Below are positions 11,026-20,533 of a stretch of DNA of 64,000 bases, one piece after another; the first letter of the stretch is position 1; each line of letters starts with the position of its first letter. The DNA comes from Polyangia bacterium (GTDB lineage Bacteria > Myxococcota_A > Polyangia > JAAYKL01), in the NCBI GenBank assembly GCA_050287845.1, contig JBNKCR010000055.1:160001-224000 (forward strand), read 5' to 3'. A program made the translations under genes and the position numbers. The notes beneath the pieces were generated by a model, which saw nothing but the letters and a program-made list of their open reading frames with translations, searched no databases and was not told the DNA's origin.

Positions 11026-11385
11026 TTAAATATATTTCTCCGGATCCTGATCAAACTGCGGCTTACACCCCGGGCAACAGAATGCATAGAACTTCCCCTT
11101 GTACTCTGAAATCAGCGTGTTGGCGGTAACTGAAAATTCATTTTTCATTACCGGGCAAACCGCTTTGGTGCCAACGGCAGGTTTCTGGGGAAAGCCGTTT
11201 GTTATACCTGAAGCTGATTCTTCGCTTTTTGCACTAACATCATGATTATCCATACTTTTTTGTGGAATCATCTGATCGTGTTCAACGGTTGCGGCAGCGG
11301 CTTCTTCGGGGCTCTTGCTGCATCCGGCCAGCCCGGTAATACCGAGCGTAAATATGGCTGTAATAATGGTTATTTTTGTGAACAT
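11026..11385 (-). CDS. YHS-domain lipoprotein (putative metal-binding)
   Basis: AAGGAGG RBS before ATG 11385; lipobox LAGC; CPVM...YKGKFYAFCCPGCKPQFDQDPEKY. Confidence 0.88.
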   Translation of the reverse strand: MFTKITIITAIFTLGITGLAGCSKSPEEAAAATVEHDQMIPQKSMDNHDVSAKSEESASGITNGFPQKPAVGTKAVCPVMKNEFSVTANTLISEYKGKFYAFCCPGCKPQFDQDPEKYI

Positions 11386-11426
11386 CTGATTTTCCTCCTT
11401 ATGGAACAGGTTACCACCTCCGTCAG

Positions 11427-11442
11427 TGCAACCCATGTGCCA
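11427..11442 (-). promoter_or_regulatory. sigma54 -24/-12 promoter for the YHS gene
   Basis: Minus strand TGGCAC-ATGGG-TTGCA, a perfect TGGCAC-N5-TTGC match about 40 bp upstream of the start codon. Confidence 0.85.
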
Positions 11443-11525
11443 GACAGAATTTCCGCAATTTTCAGATATGTCTGCCGCAGGGTGCATGATGAATTTTCAG
11501 AATACTGGGCAACGGGATATTCATT

Positions 11526-11541
11526 TTGAGATTATTCTCAA
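11526..11541. promoter_or_regulatory. palindrome, candidate enhancer/activator site
   Basis: TTGAGA-TTAT-TCTCAA; AATTTTCAGA also repeated at 11457 and 11492. Confidence 0.45.
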
Positions 11542-11582
11542 CGTCTCTTGGGGGAATTGGCGTTGACAGCATGGTACAAATT

Positions 11583-11597
11583 CGGCACAGAAGTTGC
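11583..11597 (+). promoter_or_regulatory. possible sigma54 promoter for metY-metA
   Basis: CGGCAC-AGAAG-TTGC with correct GG-N10-GC spacing, about 85 bp upstream of metY. Confidence 0.5.
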
Positions 11598-11680
11598 GTA
11601 GGCTGGAAAGGGTGATCAATATGAATGCGAATTGACTGGTTGTTTAATTTGCTGATTTTACCAGGAAGGACGAGGAAAAT

Positions 11681-12946
11681 ATGAAAATTGAGACATTGGC
11701 GCTCCACGCCGGGAATGTGATCGATGAGACAGGTGCGAGACAGAATCCCGTGTATCGGACAGCCGCGTATGTATTTCGCGATACGGAACATGCCGCCAAT
11801 CTGTTTGCGTTGAAGGAACTGGGAAATATTTACACCCGATTAATGAATCCCACCCACGATATTCTGGAAAAGCGAATGGCCGCCCTGGAAGGGGGCGTTG
11901 CGGGACTGGCAGTGGCGTCGGGCACATCGGCTATTTTCTATACGGTCATTAATATATGTGCTCTGGGCGATGAGGTGGTGGCCGCCAACAATCTGTATGG
12001 GGGCACCTACACGATGTTCAACGACATTCTGCCGGGAATGGGCATCAACGTCCGATTCGTTCCGCCAACGGATCTGGAAGCGGTCGAAGCCGCCATTTCG
12101 GAGAAGACCCGGATGCTGTATTGTGAAACCATCGGGAATCCGGCGCTGGATGTGGTGAATCTGAAAGCCTACGCCGCCATTGCGGAAAAATATGAGATTC
12201 CGTTGGTGGTGGATTCCACGTTCACCACCCCGTATCTGGTGCGCCCCATCGAACATGGTGCCCATGTGGTGGTTCATTCTCTGACCAAGTGGCTGGGCGG
12301 TCACGGTGCCGGGATTGGTGGCGTGGTGGTGGATAGCGGAACCTTCAACTGGTCGAATCCGAAGTTCAAGCTGTATAACGAGCCGGACGGTTCGTACCAT
12401 GGATTGAGATATGCCCATGATTTGGGAGAGTTGAGCCCGCTGGCATTCATTCTGAGAATGCGATTGGTGCCATTGCGCAATCTGGGGGCGTGCCTGTCTC
12501 CCGACAATGCATGGCTGGCAATGCAGGGCATCGAAACCCTGGCGTTGCGGATGCAGCGACATTGCGATAATGCACTGGCAGTGGCGAATCATCTGACGCA
12601 ACATCCGAAGGTGGAGTGGGTGAGATATCCGGGATTACCGGAAGATCCGGCCCACGCAGCCGCGAAATCTCAGTTTGAGCATGGATTTGGCGGGATGGTG
12701 GTGTTCGGAATCCGGGGCGGGCTGGCGCCGGGCAAGAAATTCATCAATAATCTGAAATTGATATCTCATCTGGCCAACGTGGGAGATGCCAAAAGTCTGG
12801 CGATTCATCCGGCGAGCACCACCCATTCCCAGTTGACGGAACAGCAGCAGGCGGAAGGGGGAATCACGCCTGAGCTGATTCGCCTGTCCATTGGAATTGA
12901 GCATATCGATGATATTCTGGCCGATATAGACCAGGCATTTGAATAA
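11681..12946 (+). CDS. metY: O-acetylhomoserine aminocarboxypropyltransferase (sulfhydrylase)
   Basis: GNIYTRLMNPT, HSLTKWLGGHG (PLP Lys), HLANVGDAKSLAIHPASTTHSQL. Confidence 0.95.
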   Translation: MKIETLALHAGNVIDETGARQNPVYRTAAYVFRDTEHAANLFALKELGNIYTRLMNPTHDILEKRMAALEGGVAGLAVASGTSAIFYTVINICALGDEVVAANNLYGGTYTMFNDILPGMGINVRFVPPTDLEAVEAAISEKTRMLYCETIGNPALDVVNLKAYAAIAEKYEIPLVVDSTFTTPYLVRPIEHGAHVVVHSLTKWLGGHGAGIGGVVVDSGTFNWSNPKFKLYNEPDGSYHGLRYAHDLGELSPLAFILRMRLVPLRNLGACLSPDNAWLAMQGIETLALRMQRHCDNALAVANHLTQHPKVEWVRYPGLPEDPAHAAAKSQFEHGFGGMVVFGIRGGLAPGKKFINNLKLISHLANVGDAKSLAIHPASTTHSQLTEQQQAEGGITPELIRLSIGIEHIDDILADIDQAFE

Positions 12947-12994
12947 TGACGAACCGTTTCTTTATCGGACTCCGATGAAAGGCAGCGACAGCTC

Positions 12995-13888
12995 ATGACG
13001 ATTGTAGTTTCCGACGATTATCACGCCAGAGCATCTCTGGAAAAGCTTGGTATATATTGCATTTCAGATGAAAGAGCCCTGCGGCAGGATATCCGTGGAC
13101 TTCGGATTGGTATCCTGAATGTGATGCCCGAAGTGGATAAATACGAGGTCTCCGTATTGTATCCGCTGGGACGAACGCTGATTCATATTCATCCCGTCTG
13201 GATACGGCTCGAAAGTCATAAATACCGGGAATCGAAGATGAAGCATGTGGAACGCCAGTATGTGACCTTTGAGGAGGCGATTCGCACGCGACATCTGGAT
13301 GGGTTGATTCTGACCGGGGCGCCGGTGGAGACCATTTCGTTTGAGGAAGTGCGCTACTGGAAGGAAGCCGCGGAAATACTGCGTTATGCCCGAACGAATG
13401 TGGCTTCCACGTTGGGGTTGTGCTGGGGCGGACTGGCGCTGGCCAAATTACTGGGCATTGAGAAGACGCCATATCGGGAAAAACTCTTCGGTGTATTTGA
13501 AAACCGCAATATTGAGCCCGGGCATCGGATTACCGGACGAATGGATGACCTGTTCTGGTGTCCCCAGAGTCGGCATTCCGGCATTCCGGATGACGTGATG
13601 GAGCAGGCGGCGAAAGATGGGGTGGTGCGACTTCTCGCCCATTCTGTGGATGCCGGGTACTCCATTTTTGAGAGTATGGACATGAGATACATGATGCATC
13701 TCGGTCATCCGGAGTATGAGGCGGAGCGTCTGGTGGAAGAGTATCTGAGAGATCGCGACAAGGGGATGAAGGAAGTGGTTCGCCCGGTCAACGTGAATAT
13801 CAACAGACCTATCAATATCTGGCGCGGTCACTGCCACGAATTTTATAATCAGTGGATCAAGTTCGTTTACGAGACCACGCCTTTCTGA
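12995..13888 (+). CDS. metA: homoserine O-acyltransferase, MetA family (likely acetyl-CoA type)
   Basis: DGLILTGAPVE (Glu at the specificity position, as in acetyltransferases), LCWG catalytic Cys, GHPEY. Confidence 0.92.
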   Translation: MTIVVSDDYHARASLEKLGIYCISDERALRQDIRGLRIGILNVMPEVDKYEVSVLYPLGRTLIHIHPVWIRLESHKYRESKMKHVERQYVTFEEAIRTRHLDGLILTGAPVETISFEEVRYWKEAAEILRYARTNVASTLGLCWGGLALAKLLGIEKTPYREKLFGVFENRNIEPGHRITGRMDDLFWCPQSRHSGIPDDVMEQAAKDGVVRLLAHSVDAGYSIFESMDMRYMMHLGHPEYEAERLVEEYLRDRDKGMKEVVRPVNVNINRPINIWRGHCHEFYNQWIKFVYETTPF

Positions 13889-14060
13889 AATTCCTGTATT
13901 GCGCCCCGTTGGCACACATACGTCACTAAAATTATTCCCGATTCCGTTCTGTTTCGGTCCAGTTGTGTCGCTGCAATTCGCGCTATGCAAAATTCACGCT
14001 TCGCGGTAGAGAACGGAGACAGAAGATCTCAGCTCTGTTATGCTTGAACAGGAGGTTCAT

Positions 14061-14708
14061 TTGCGCTGGTTATTCCACATCTTTATAGTTGTCGTCATTT
14101 CAATGTTCGCAGTGAGTGGATGCAACGATGTCAGGGATGTGCGCTGTCAGAACGGAGAGTGTCTGTGCCTCCATGGCGATAACTGCGATATGGAATGTAT
14201 CTCGCCGCCGTGCACTGCCATCTGCGATGATAACGGTACATTCTGCAACGCCGAATGCGCCAATGGGGATTGTGTCTGTGGTCCGGGCGCAGAATGCCAG
14301 TTTTTCTGTCCTTCCGGGCCGTGCCATGTATATTGCAATGGAAATTCCCGATGCGCCGGCCAGTGCTGGAACGGCAGCTGCAATTGTTCCAGTGGCAGCA
14401 ATTGCGTTTTTAAGTGCGCCTCCGGTCCGTGCCATGTGAACTGCGAAGGAAACAACAAAGAATGCGACGGCGAATGCGCCAACGGTACCTGCACCTGCGG
14501 TCCGGGGAGCGATTGCCGGTTCAAATGCTTGGATTTCGATTGTAAGGCAATTTGCGAAACCGGGGCGACCTGTGCACTTTCCTGTCCGGCCGGAACAACC
14601 GGTGTGAAGGACAGATGCTGGATCTCCAGTTGCGCTGCCGGCGATATACAGGTCTGTGCCGATGGTCTCTACACCGTTTGTGGAATGCCGTGCCCGGAGG
14701 CAAAGTAG
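14061..14708 (+). CDS. Cys-rich tandem-repeat lipoprotein
   Basis: GGAGG before TTG 14061; lipobox VSGC; four ~36-aa repeats CxNGxCxCxxGxxCxxxCxxxxCxxxC, each with 8 Cys. Confidence 0.8.
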   Translation: MRWLFHIFIVVVISMFAVSGCNDVRDVRCQNGECLCLHGDNCDMECISPPCTAICDDNGTFCNAECANGDCVCGPGAECQFFCPSGPCHVYCNGNSRCAGQCWNGSCNCSSGSNCVFKCASGPCHVNCEGNNKECDGECANGTCTCGPGSDCRFKCLDFDCKAICETGATCALSCPAGTTGVKDRCWISSCAAGDIQVCADGLYTVCGMPCPEAK

Positions 14709-14734
14709 GGAATAAATAGCGGAGTACGAGGAGA

Positions 14735-16381
14735 TTATTGGTTCATCTCCAGCTTCAGGTCACCACCCAGCCCCGGTCGTTTATTGCCACCCAGTCTCAG
14801 CCCGCCGCCGGTGGCAGCCCCCGGTTCGTTCTGCAGATTCAGTTTGAGGTCTCCGGGAACAGCCGGTATACCGGGGAGATCCAGCCCGTCATCACTGCCG
14901 GTTTCCGCATCGTTATCTTCGTCTCCGGCAACTGCTTCGCCGTCGTCACTCTCATCAGCCGGCTGGTCACCGGAGATGCCGAAAAGCTGGCCAAGTTCTG
15001 TTTTTACGGCTTCGGATGGGGCTTTGGCGAGCGCTTTTTTGGCTACTTCCCGCATTTCGTCAAAGCGGGCCGTCGCGCGGTAGATCTGTGCGAGAATCAT
15101 CAGGGACTGAAAGTTTTCCTTTGAAAGCCGGACCGATTTCTGCGCGTACTCAATGGCTTCATCGACATTGCCTTTCATCGCTGAAAGTTGCGCCTGGGTA
15201 GCGGCCACTTCCGGGGATGCAGGGGCGATCTTCTCGGCGATTTTCAGTTCCTGGGTGGCGGAGTCGGTGTCGCCGCGCATCATATTCAGGGCAGCCAGAA
15301 GCGCATGTGCCTGATGGTACTCCGGAAATTCGGCGATGGTCTGTCGAATGGCCGACTCGGTTTCCTCCAGATTGCTCTGGGTCATCAGATTGATTTGCGC
15401 CAACGAAATTCTGGTGATGGCCCAATCCCGGGTCTTTTTGGCCTTTTCGAATTCTGCAAGTGCCTCCTGAACGGCACCGCTTCCCAGAAATATTTTGCCA
15501 CGGTGGATTTTCAGCAGCGCGTTGTCCGGGGCCAGCTCCACGGCAATCTGGTTGTCTTTCAGTGCCGCCGACATATCCATTCGGGAAAATTGGCTGAGGC
15601 TTCGGTGTGCGTAAAACGGTGCAGTGGCTGCTGCTGCATCCAGTACGACCAGATTGGTATCGCTGGCCTTTTCCTCGCGTCCGGCCCAGGGGTCAAATAG
15701 CGCATCACCGCTCACTACAGCGTAGCGGCCGTAGATGGCCGATGGGTCGGCTGGTGCCTTTTCCTTTTTGAAGTTAAGGATTTCAACCATTTCAAGGTTC
15801 TGCACGCCAACACTTTGCGCGCTTGCGAACAGAAGACAGGCCATTTCATAGCTGGTGGCTTCAACCGCCTCGCCCCTGTTGATCCGGTCCAGCAGTTCGG
15901 CGGCCGTGAGGGACGCCTCCGGTCTCGGCAGATTCTGTGAATATGAAGTCCACTTGTTCTCTTTTTTCAGTGTCAGCAGCTTGTTGTAGATGGCGGTCAG
16001 CGCCGTTACGTCCGACTCATCTCCGGCCGCTTCCCTGGCAAATGCGTCAATGGCATCATTGGTTTCAAAGGGGACGATGGCGTCTTCCGCTGAAATCCCC
16101 AGGGTTTTCATCTGACTTCGGAGATCTCCGGATGAAATGGCGCTGTCAGCTCCCGGCGCTTGCTTCTGTTTTTGAATCCCCATGTAAATCACCGCACCTG
16201 CGATTGCCACAAGAAGTACCAGCGACGGAATGAAATACTTTGATTTCGGTTTTGGACCCGTTTCGGTTGATTTCCCCTGTGCGGGTTCCACATCGTGAAT
16301 TCCCATGCATTCAGGGCAGCGAACCTTATCGGATTTTTCAGATTCAAATGTTATGTCGCAGTGATTACATGTGTATTTCAT
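14735..16381 (-). CDS. zinc-ribbon/TM/TPR protein
   Basis: Start MKYTCNHC...CPEC (GGAG upstream), one TM, possible degenerate transglutaminase-like region, TPR repeats, acidic tail. Confidence 0.8.
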   Translation of the reverse strand: MKYTCNHCDITFESEKSDKVRCPECMGIHDVEPAQGKSTETGPKPKSKYFIPSLVLLVAIAGAVIYMGIQKQKQAPGADSAISSGDLRSQMKTLGISAEDAIVPFETNDAIDAFAREAAGDESDVTALTAIYNKLLTLKKENKWTSYSQNLPRPEASLTAAELLDRINRGEAVEATSYEMACLLFASAQSVGVQNLEMVEILNFKKEKAPADPSAIYGRYAVVSGDALFDPWAGREEKASDTNLVVLDAAAATAPFYAHRSLSQFSRMDMSAALKDNQIAVELAPDNALLKIHRGKIFLGSGAVQEALAEFEKAKKTRDWAITRISLAQINLMTQSNLEETESAIRQTIAEFPEYHQAHALLAALNMMRGDTDSATQELKIAEKIAPASPEVAATQAQLSAMKGNVDEAIEYAQKSVRLSKENFQSLMILAQIYRATARFDEMREVAKKALAKAPSEAVKTELGQLFGISGDQPADESDDGEAVAGDEDNDAETGSDDGLDLPGIPAVPGDLKLNLQNEPGAATGGGLRLGGNKRPGLGGDLKLEMNQ

Positions 16382-16511
16382 TATACTTTCACTCCAGTTT
16401 CTCGGAAGGTTTCGCCAAGGTGTATGGTTCAGCGTACTGAATGTCAATACCGCACAGGTTTCTTTTTTATTCCCGTAAAAACCGAAATGTAGATTGTCGG
16501 AAGGAAACGGC

Positions 16512-17018
16512 TTATTGTTGACAGGAGAGAAGTCTGGATCTTTTTCCATCGGTGCGTGGGACTTTTTTCGCAGTGCAACGTCCCATTTCCCGGCAAACGC
16601 TGGCGGATGCGCAGTCAGCGTCGCCATCGACCACACAGAACCCGTCTGACCCCGGCGTGCACTTTCCATATTCGGCGCAGATTTGCGATGCCCGGCATCC
16701 CTCTTCATCCGCGACGCATTGGCCATATGATTTTTCTCCGATGTAATTGGGTTGAAAATGACACTCCCCCAGATTCTTACAGTTTTCGGACTGGGCACAG
16801 TCGATGGGGCGGGTTGCCACGCAAAGATCTTTGGGGGCGTAGGTGCATTTGCCGGCATTGATACACGTTTCTGTTTCCATGCACGACATATCCTGAACAC
16901 AGTTGCCGGCTTTGGCACGTTTGAATCCGATGGGACAGGAATCCGAACCCTGCAGTAGCACACAGCCAGGCAGTAGAGCAGGGAGGGAAATAATCAGCAG
17001 GTACACGCAAAACTTCAT
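16512..17018 (-). CDS. Cys-rich repeat lipoprotein
   Basis: AAGGAG RBS; lipobox LPGC; repeats of CxxxGxC...CV....C..S..C. Confidence 0.75.
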   Translation of the reverse strand: MKFCVYLLIISLPALLPGCVLLQGSDSCPIGFKRAKAGNCVQDMSCMETETCINAGKCTYAPKDLCVATRPIDCAQSENCKNLGECHFQPNYIGEKSYGQCVADEEGCRASQICAEYGKCTPGSDGFCVVDGDADCASASVCREMGRCTAKKVPRTDGKRSRLLSCQQ

Positions 17019-17107
17019 TGGCTACTCCTTTCATTTCAATCCGACAGAGAATGTAGCAGAAGATTGCGGGGGGGGCCAGTGAGCGTTGCGACGCAGGCTG
17101 CAGAAGG

Positions 17108-18147
17108 TTACTTCAGTACCTTTCTGGCCAATGCAGCATGGGGGCCCCGGGGATAGGTTTCAAGGTAGGTGTCGGCATATTTACACGCCATTTCTTTTCG
17201 GCCGGTGCGGTATAAACTTCAATGAGACGGCCAAGGGCTTCACGCCTGAGACCGGCGGAATCGCCATCCCGGGAGAGGCACTGTCCAATGGCACGTGCCT
17301 TCTGGACCGCTTCGTCATAGCGTCCGGATTTTACATCTGCCAGTCATTCAGACGATGGCCGCCTGCGTTGCCGTGCGGAAGAAGGGGCCGATATCTTCGT
17401 TACGCCGAATTCGATTATCGAAGAAACCGGAGAGGCCGATTTGGCCCTTCTGGTTAAATCAGAACCAGATGAATTCCGTGCCGCGAAAAATTCCAATTTA
17501 CGCGGGGTAAGCGACGCGTTTAATGATTCTCCGGCCGAAACGGTTTTATAATGAGAAATCATCGGGCCACTGACGTTAACCGACCCTTCCTTCATCTGCA
17601 GATTTAATTTTTTCTCAGCGGCATCCCAGGATACCTGAAAGCGAGTCCCGGTGACGTGTATCCGATACGGGCCAGTGGAGAAGTCCCAGTTGGTCTGCCT
17701 GGCGTGTTTGATGGCGGCATCAATGCTTCCCCGTTCCACGATAATATGGGCCCCGCTGGGATTCAGCTCCTGAATACGGGCACTGCCCATCTGGGCCAGA
17801 GAAACCCGGGACCCATCTGTGAATGACAGAGAAAGCGGTTTCCCGACGTCGGATGAAATCCAGCTGCCTTCCGCAATTTTCTGTTTGCCGTGATACGCTT
17901 CGAGTTGCGGCTCGTTACCCTCAAGCAGGACGAGGAAGGCCACGGTCAATGCCGCTGCCACTGCACCGGCAATTATTATCCGTGGACGATGTTTTTGCCA
18001 CGGGGTTGTCTTCCGGGGATATGCCTCCCGGGTAAAAGACAGATTGTCATATACTTCAGCCAGGCAGCTCCGGGTCTGAAGAATCCTATCCTGCGTCTGT
18101 GCAACCGTGGCTCCCAGTTCACGAAACTGTGCTTTGAAATTCCTCAT
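17108..18147 (-). pseudogene. FecR-domain anti-sigma with disrupted TPR-like C-terminus
   Basis: TM and FecR motifs (FTDGSRV, IHVTGTRFQVSW, MKEGSVNV). After the in-frame TGA at 17344-17346 the frame continues LADVKSGRYDEAV...EALGRLIEVY; a frameshifted tail TYLETYPRGPHAALARKVLK ends at 17108. Confidence 0.75.
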
Positions 18148-18782
18148 TTGTTACTCCATTTTTCAGACTGCTCCAGTTTCTCCTCCAGCACCGCAAAGTG
18201 GCGGGAGAGTGCCAGGAATCGCTTTTTCGCCTTTCGCAGTTGTCTTTTCACCGTGGACTCAGATACATCAAACACCCGGGTCACTTCTCTGATTTCCATG
18301 CCATCAATAAAACGAAGGGCGAAGATGAGCCGCTCATCGGTCGGCATGGCGTCGAGCACCTTATAAATGAGTTTTGTTAATTCGATATCTCCTGCCGATA
18401 CCCCTGGTGCTGCATAATTGGTTGTGGCCGCATCGTCATGGGTCCAATGCATTCGCCGTCTGGCCCGTTTTCGGATTCGCTGCCGTACCGTCAGAATGGT
18501 CAGCGAGGTCAACCATGACCTGATGGCGGCGTTGTCCCGGAGCTGATGAATCCGGGAATACGCGGCGACAAAAATATCCTGCACCAGATCAGGAATCTCA
18601 GGATCGAACCCCAGTACGCGAACCACCAACCGCTCCACCATCTCGCCATATCGATGAAACATCGCCTCCATTGCGCCCGGATGCCCGGATTTAATTGCGG
18701 CAGCCATCGCCACGTCATCCCCCGAAAATCGGAAAGCCAGTGGTTTAAGCCCATCTTTATTTTTTTGTCTTACCTGTATCAT
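18144..18782 (-). CDS. ECF RNA polymerase sigma factor
   Basis: Region 2 (DLVQDIF...IRSWL) and region 4 (RLIFALRFIDGME...SESTVKRQL); 4-bp overlap with the FecR gene; start could be 18812. Confidence 0.9.
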   Translation of the reverse strand: MIQVRQKNKDGLKPLAFRFSGDDVAMAAAIKSGHPGAMEAMFHRYGEMVERLVVRVLGFDPEIPDLVQDIFVAAYSRIHQLRDNAAIRSWLTSLTILTVRQRIRKRARRRMHWTHDDAATTNYAAPGVSAGDIELTKLIYKVLDAMPTDERLIFALRFIDGMEIREVTRVFDVSESTVKRQLRKAKKRFLALSRHFAVLEEKLEQSEKWSNK

Positions 18783-18878
18783 TCTGCTCTCATTGGTGTG
18801 TGGAGCGCCCAAATGCAGGTCAGCTTTTTATACGTAACGGCCGGAACAAAATAGGACTGAACAGCGAACGCCGGATTT

Positions 18879-19382
18879 TCAGGCGGGTTCTCCCGGACCG
18901 TCCATAATGGAGCCGGCCTGAAGCACTGGGGCGGCTTCGAGTTCTTCGGCTTCCATCATGGTCACCACCTGGGAGAGGATTGTGTCAATGACGGCCTGAT
19001 TCTGGGGTGGCAACGCCGCCAGCTTCCTTGCAAACCGTTCCTGAAGTGGCGATGGGGCTTTCTGGACAATGCGAATTCCTTCCTCGGTCAGTGCCACAAT
19101 CACTTTCCGTCGGTCGGATTTGCTTCGGGTGCGGATGATGAATCCCCGGGATTCCAGCCTGTCCAGGACACCCGTGATGGTTGCCTGGCTGAGATGCATG
19201 GATCGGGCGATTTTTCCCGGACTGCTGTCCGCGGACTGTTTGAGAAAACGCAGACAACTGATTTGAGGTGCCGTCAGATTGTACTGACGGGACAACTGAT
19301 GACTGTACAAATCAATGGCCCGGGTGATTTTTCTCAGTGAAGTAAGGATGTTTTCTTCGTAGTTCGTGTTCATTGAGCTCAT
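18879..19382 (-). CDS. MarR family regulator, EctR/CosR-like
   Basis: SLRKITRAIDLYS, LTAPQ, LSQATITGVLDRLE, RSKSDRRKV, APSPLQERF, MMEAEELEAAPVL resemble EctR/CosR osmo-regulators. Confidence 0.88.
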   Translation of the reverse strand: MSSMNTNYEENILTSLRKITRAIDLYSHQLSRQYNLTAPQISCLRFLKQSADSSPGKIARSMHLSQATITGVLDRLESRGFIIRTRSKSDRRKVIVALTEEGIRIVQKAPSPLQERFARKLAALPPQNQAVIDTILSQVVTMMEAEELEAAPVLQAGSIMDGPGEPA

Positions 19383-19570
19383 TTTTTTTGGTGAGTTTCG
19401 TTTCTGAAAACCCCGTAGAACGGCTCAAAATATCAAAAACGACCGAAATTACAATCTGATAGTTGTGTAAGAGGCAATTGCACTGTCGTGAAAACGGCCG
19501 GCGCAGCCTTTGGCAGACGTTTGAATATTGAGCGATACCCCCGAGGTTCCGCGATGGGGAGGAGCCGACA

Positions 19571-20533
19571 TCATGTTGAGGTGTCTCGAAGGCTGGTGTT
19601 GAGGGATTTGCACCAGCAGTTCATGTCTTCGAAGTCGCCGCTGATATGGCAGTTGCGTACGAGGGTGCCGGTGTACTGATAGCCGGCGCGACCGAAAATC
19701 CGATTCATCGAGATAGCGCTGGCCCGGGCCAATGTGTAGAGATTGGGAATACCACGGTGCGCCATTTCCCGCTCCAGCGCCCGGAGCAATATGGACCCAA
19801 GGCCAATGCCCCTGAAGTCTGGCAGGGTCGCAAAATCCGTCATTTCCGCGTTACCCAGTTCCAAAACGGTTTCTGCAGAGGCAATGGCCGCCGGTTGATC
19901 TCCCCGGAGAATCATTATGTACACCACATCGTTCTGCATGGATTTAAGGATATAGCTGGGGTCGAATACCGGAAAGGGGTAGCTGTCGAAACAGGCGGTA
20001 AATACGGCGGCCAACGCTCCTGCATCCCGGGCGCTTGCATTGCGGCAGGAGAATCCGGCCGGTAACACTCTGGACTCGGCCGGCGGTGCGCTACTGGAGG
20101 CGACAATGATTTGCCTGCGTTCTTCTTCGTCCGGCATGGGCACCGTGCGTTGCTCATCTGGAAAAAACGACAGTACCGCTGCGTCGTTGCCATTAAAATA
20201 GCCTTTGATCACCGCTTCCTGCTGAAATCCAAGCAGTTTCAATGGCGCGGCATCGACCATGGGGGATTTGAGGAAAATTTTCCCCGCCTGCTGCTGCAGG
20301 GCGTGGATTTTCAGGCTATGTACCATTTTCGCCAAATCAGACGCCACATATCGGACCACGCGCAACCGTCCGTTTCGCGTACTGAAAAACGCTTCGAATT
20401 CATAGCCGTTGCCCCGAATCCGCTTTGTTTCACCATATTCCGGAAGGTTTTCTCCCGTAATGATGACTTCGTCAGCAGCGTCGTAATCCAGCGCAGCAGT
20501 CCTGTCAATCACCGTTGTCATCTTCACTGTCAC
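19571..20533 (-). CDS. ablB: putative beta-lysine N-acetyltransferase
   Basis: SYPFPVFDP, NAEMTDFATLPDFRGIGL, YTLARA, GTLVRNCHISGDFEDMNCW; overlaps the aminomutase gene. Confidence 0.88.
   Translation of the reverse strand: MTVKMTTVIDRTAALDYDAADEVIITGENLPEYGETKRIRGNGYEFEAFFSTRNGRLRVVRYVASDLAKMVHSLKIHALQQQAGKIFLKSPMVDAAPLKLLGFQQEAVIKGYFNGNDAAVLSFFPDEQRTVPMPDEEERRQIIVASSSAPPAESRVLPAGFSCRNASARDAGALAAVFTACFDSYPFPVFDPSYILKSMQNDVVYIMILRGDQPAAIASAETVLELGNAEMTDFATLPDFRGIGLGSILLRALEREMAHRGIPNLYTLARASAISMNRIFGRAGYQYTGTLVRNCHISGDFEDMNCWCKSLNTSLRDTST

Noticed and set aside
11600..11680. SAM riboswitch or T-box upstream of metY
   Set aside because: No recognisable conserved aptamer or terminator in the short leader.
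16382..16963. N-terminal extension making the TPR ORF 742 aa
   Set aside because: It overlaps the Cys-rich lipoprotein ORF on the same strand; a good RBS and zinc ribbon begin at ATG 16381.
17344..17346. TGA read-through (Sec or Trp recoding)
   Set aside because: Many genes here end in TGA, and a downstream frameshift indicates decay rather than recoding.
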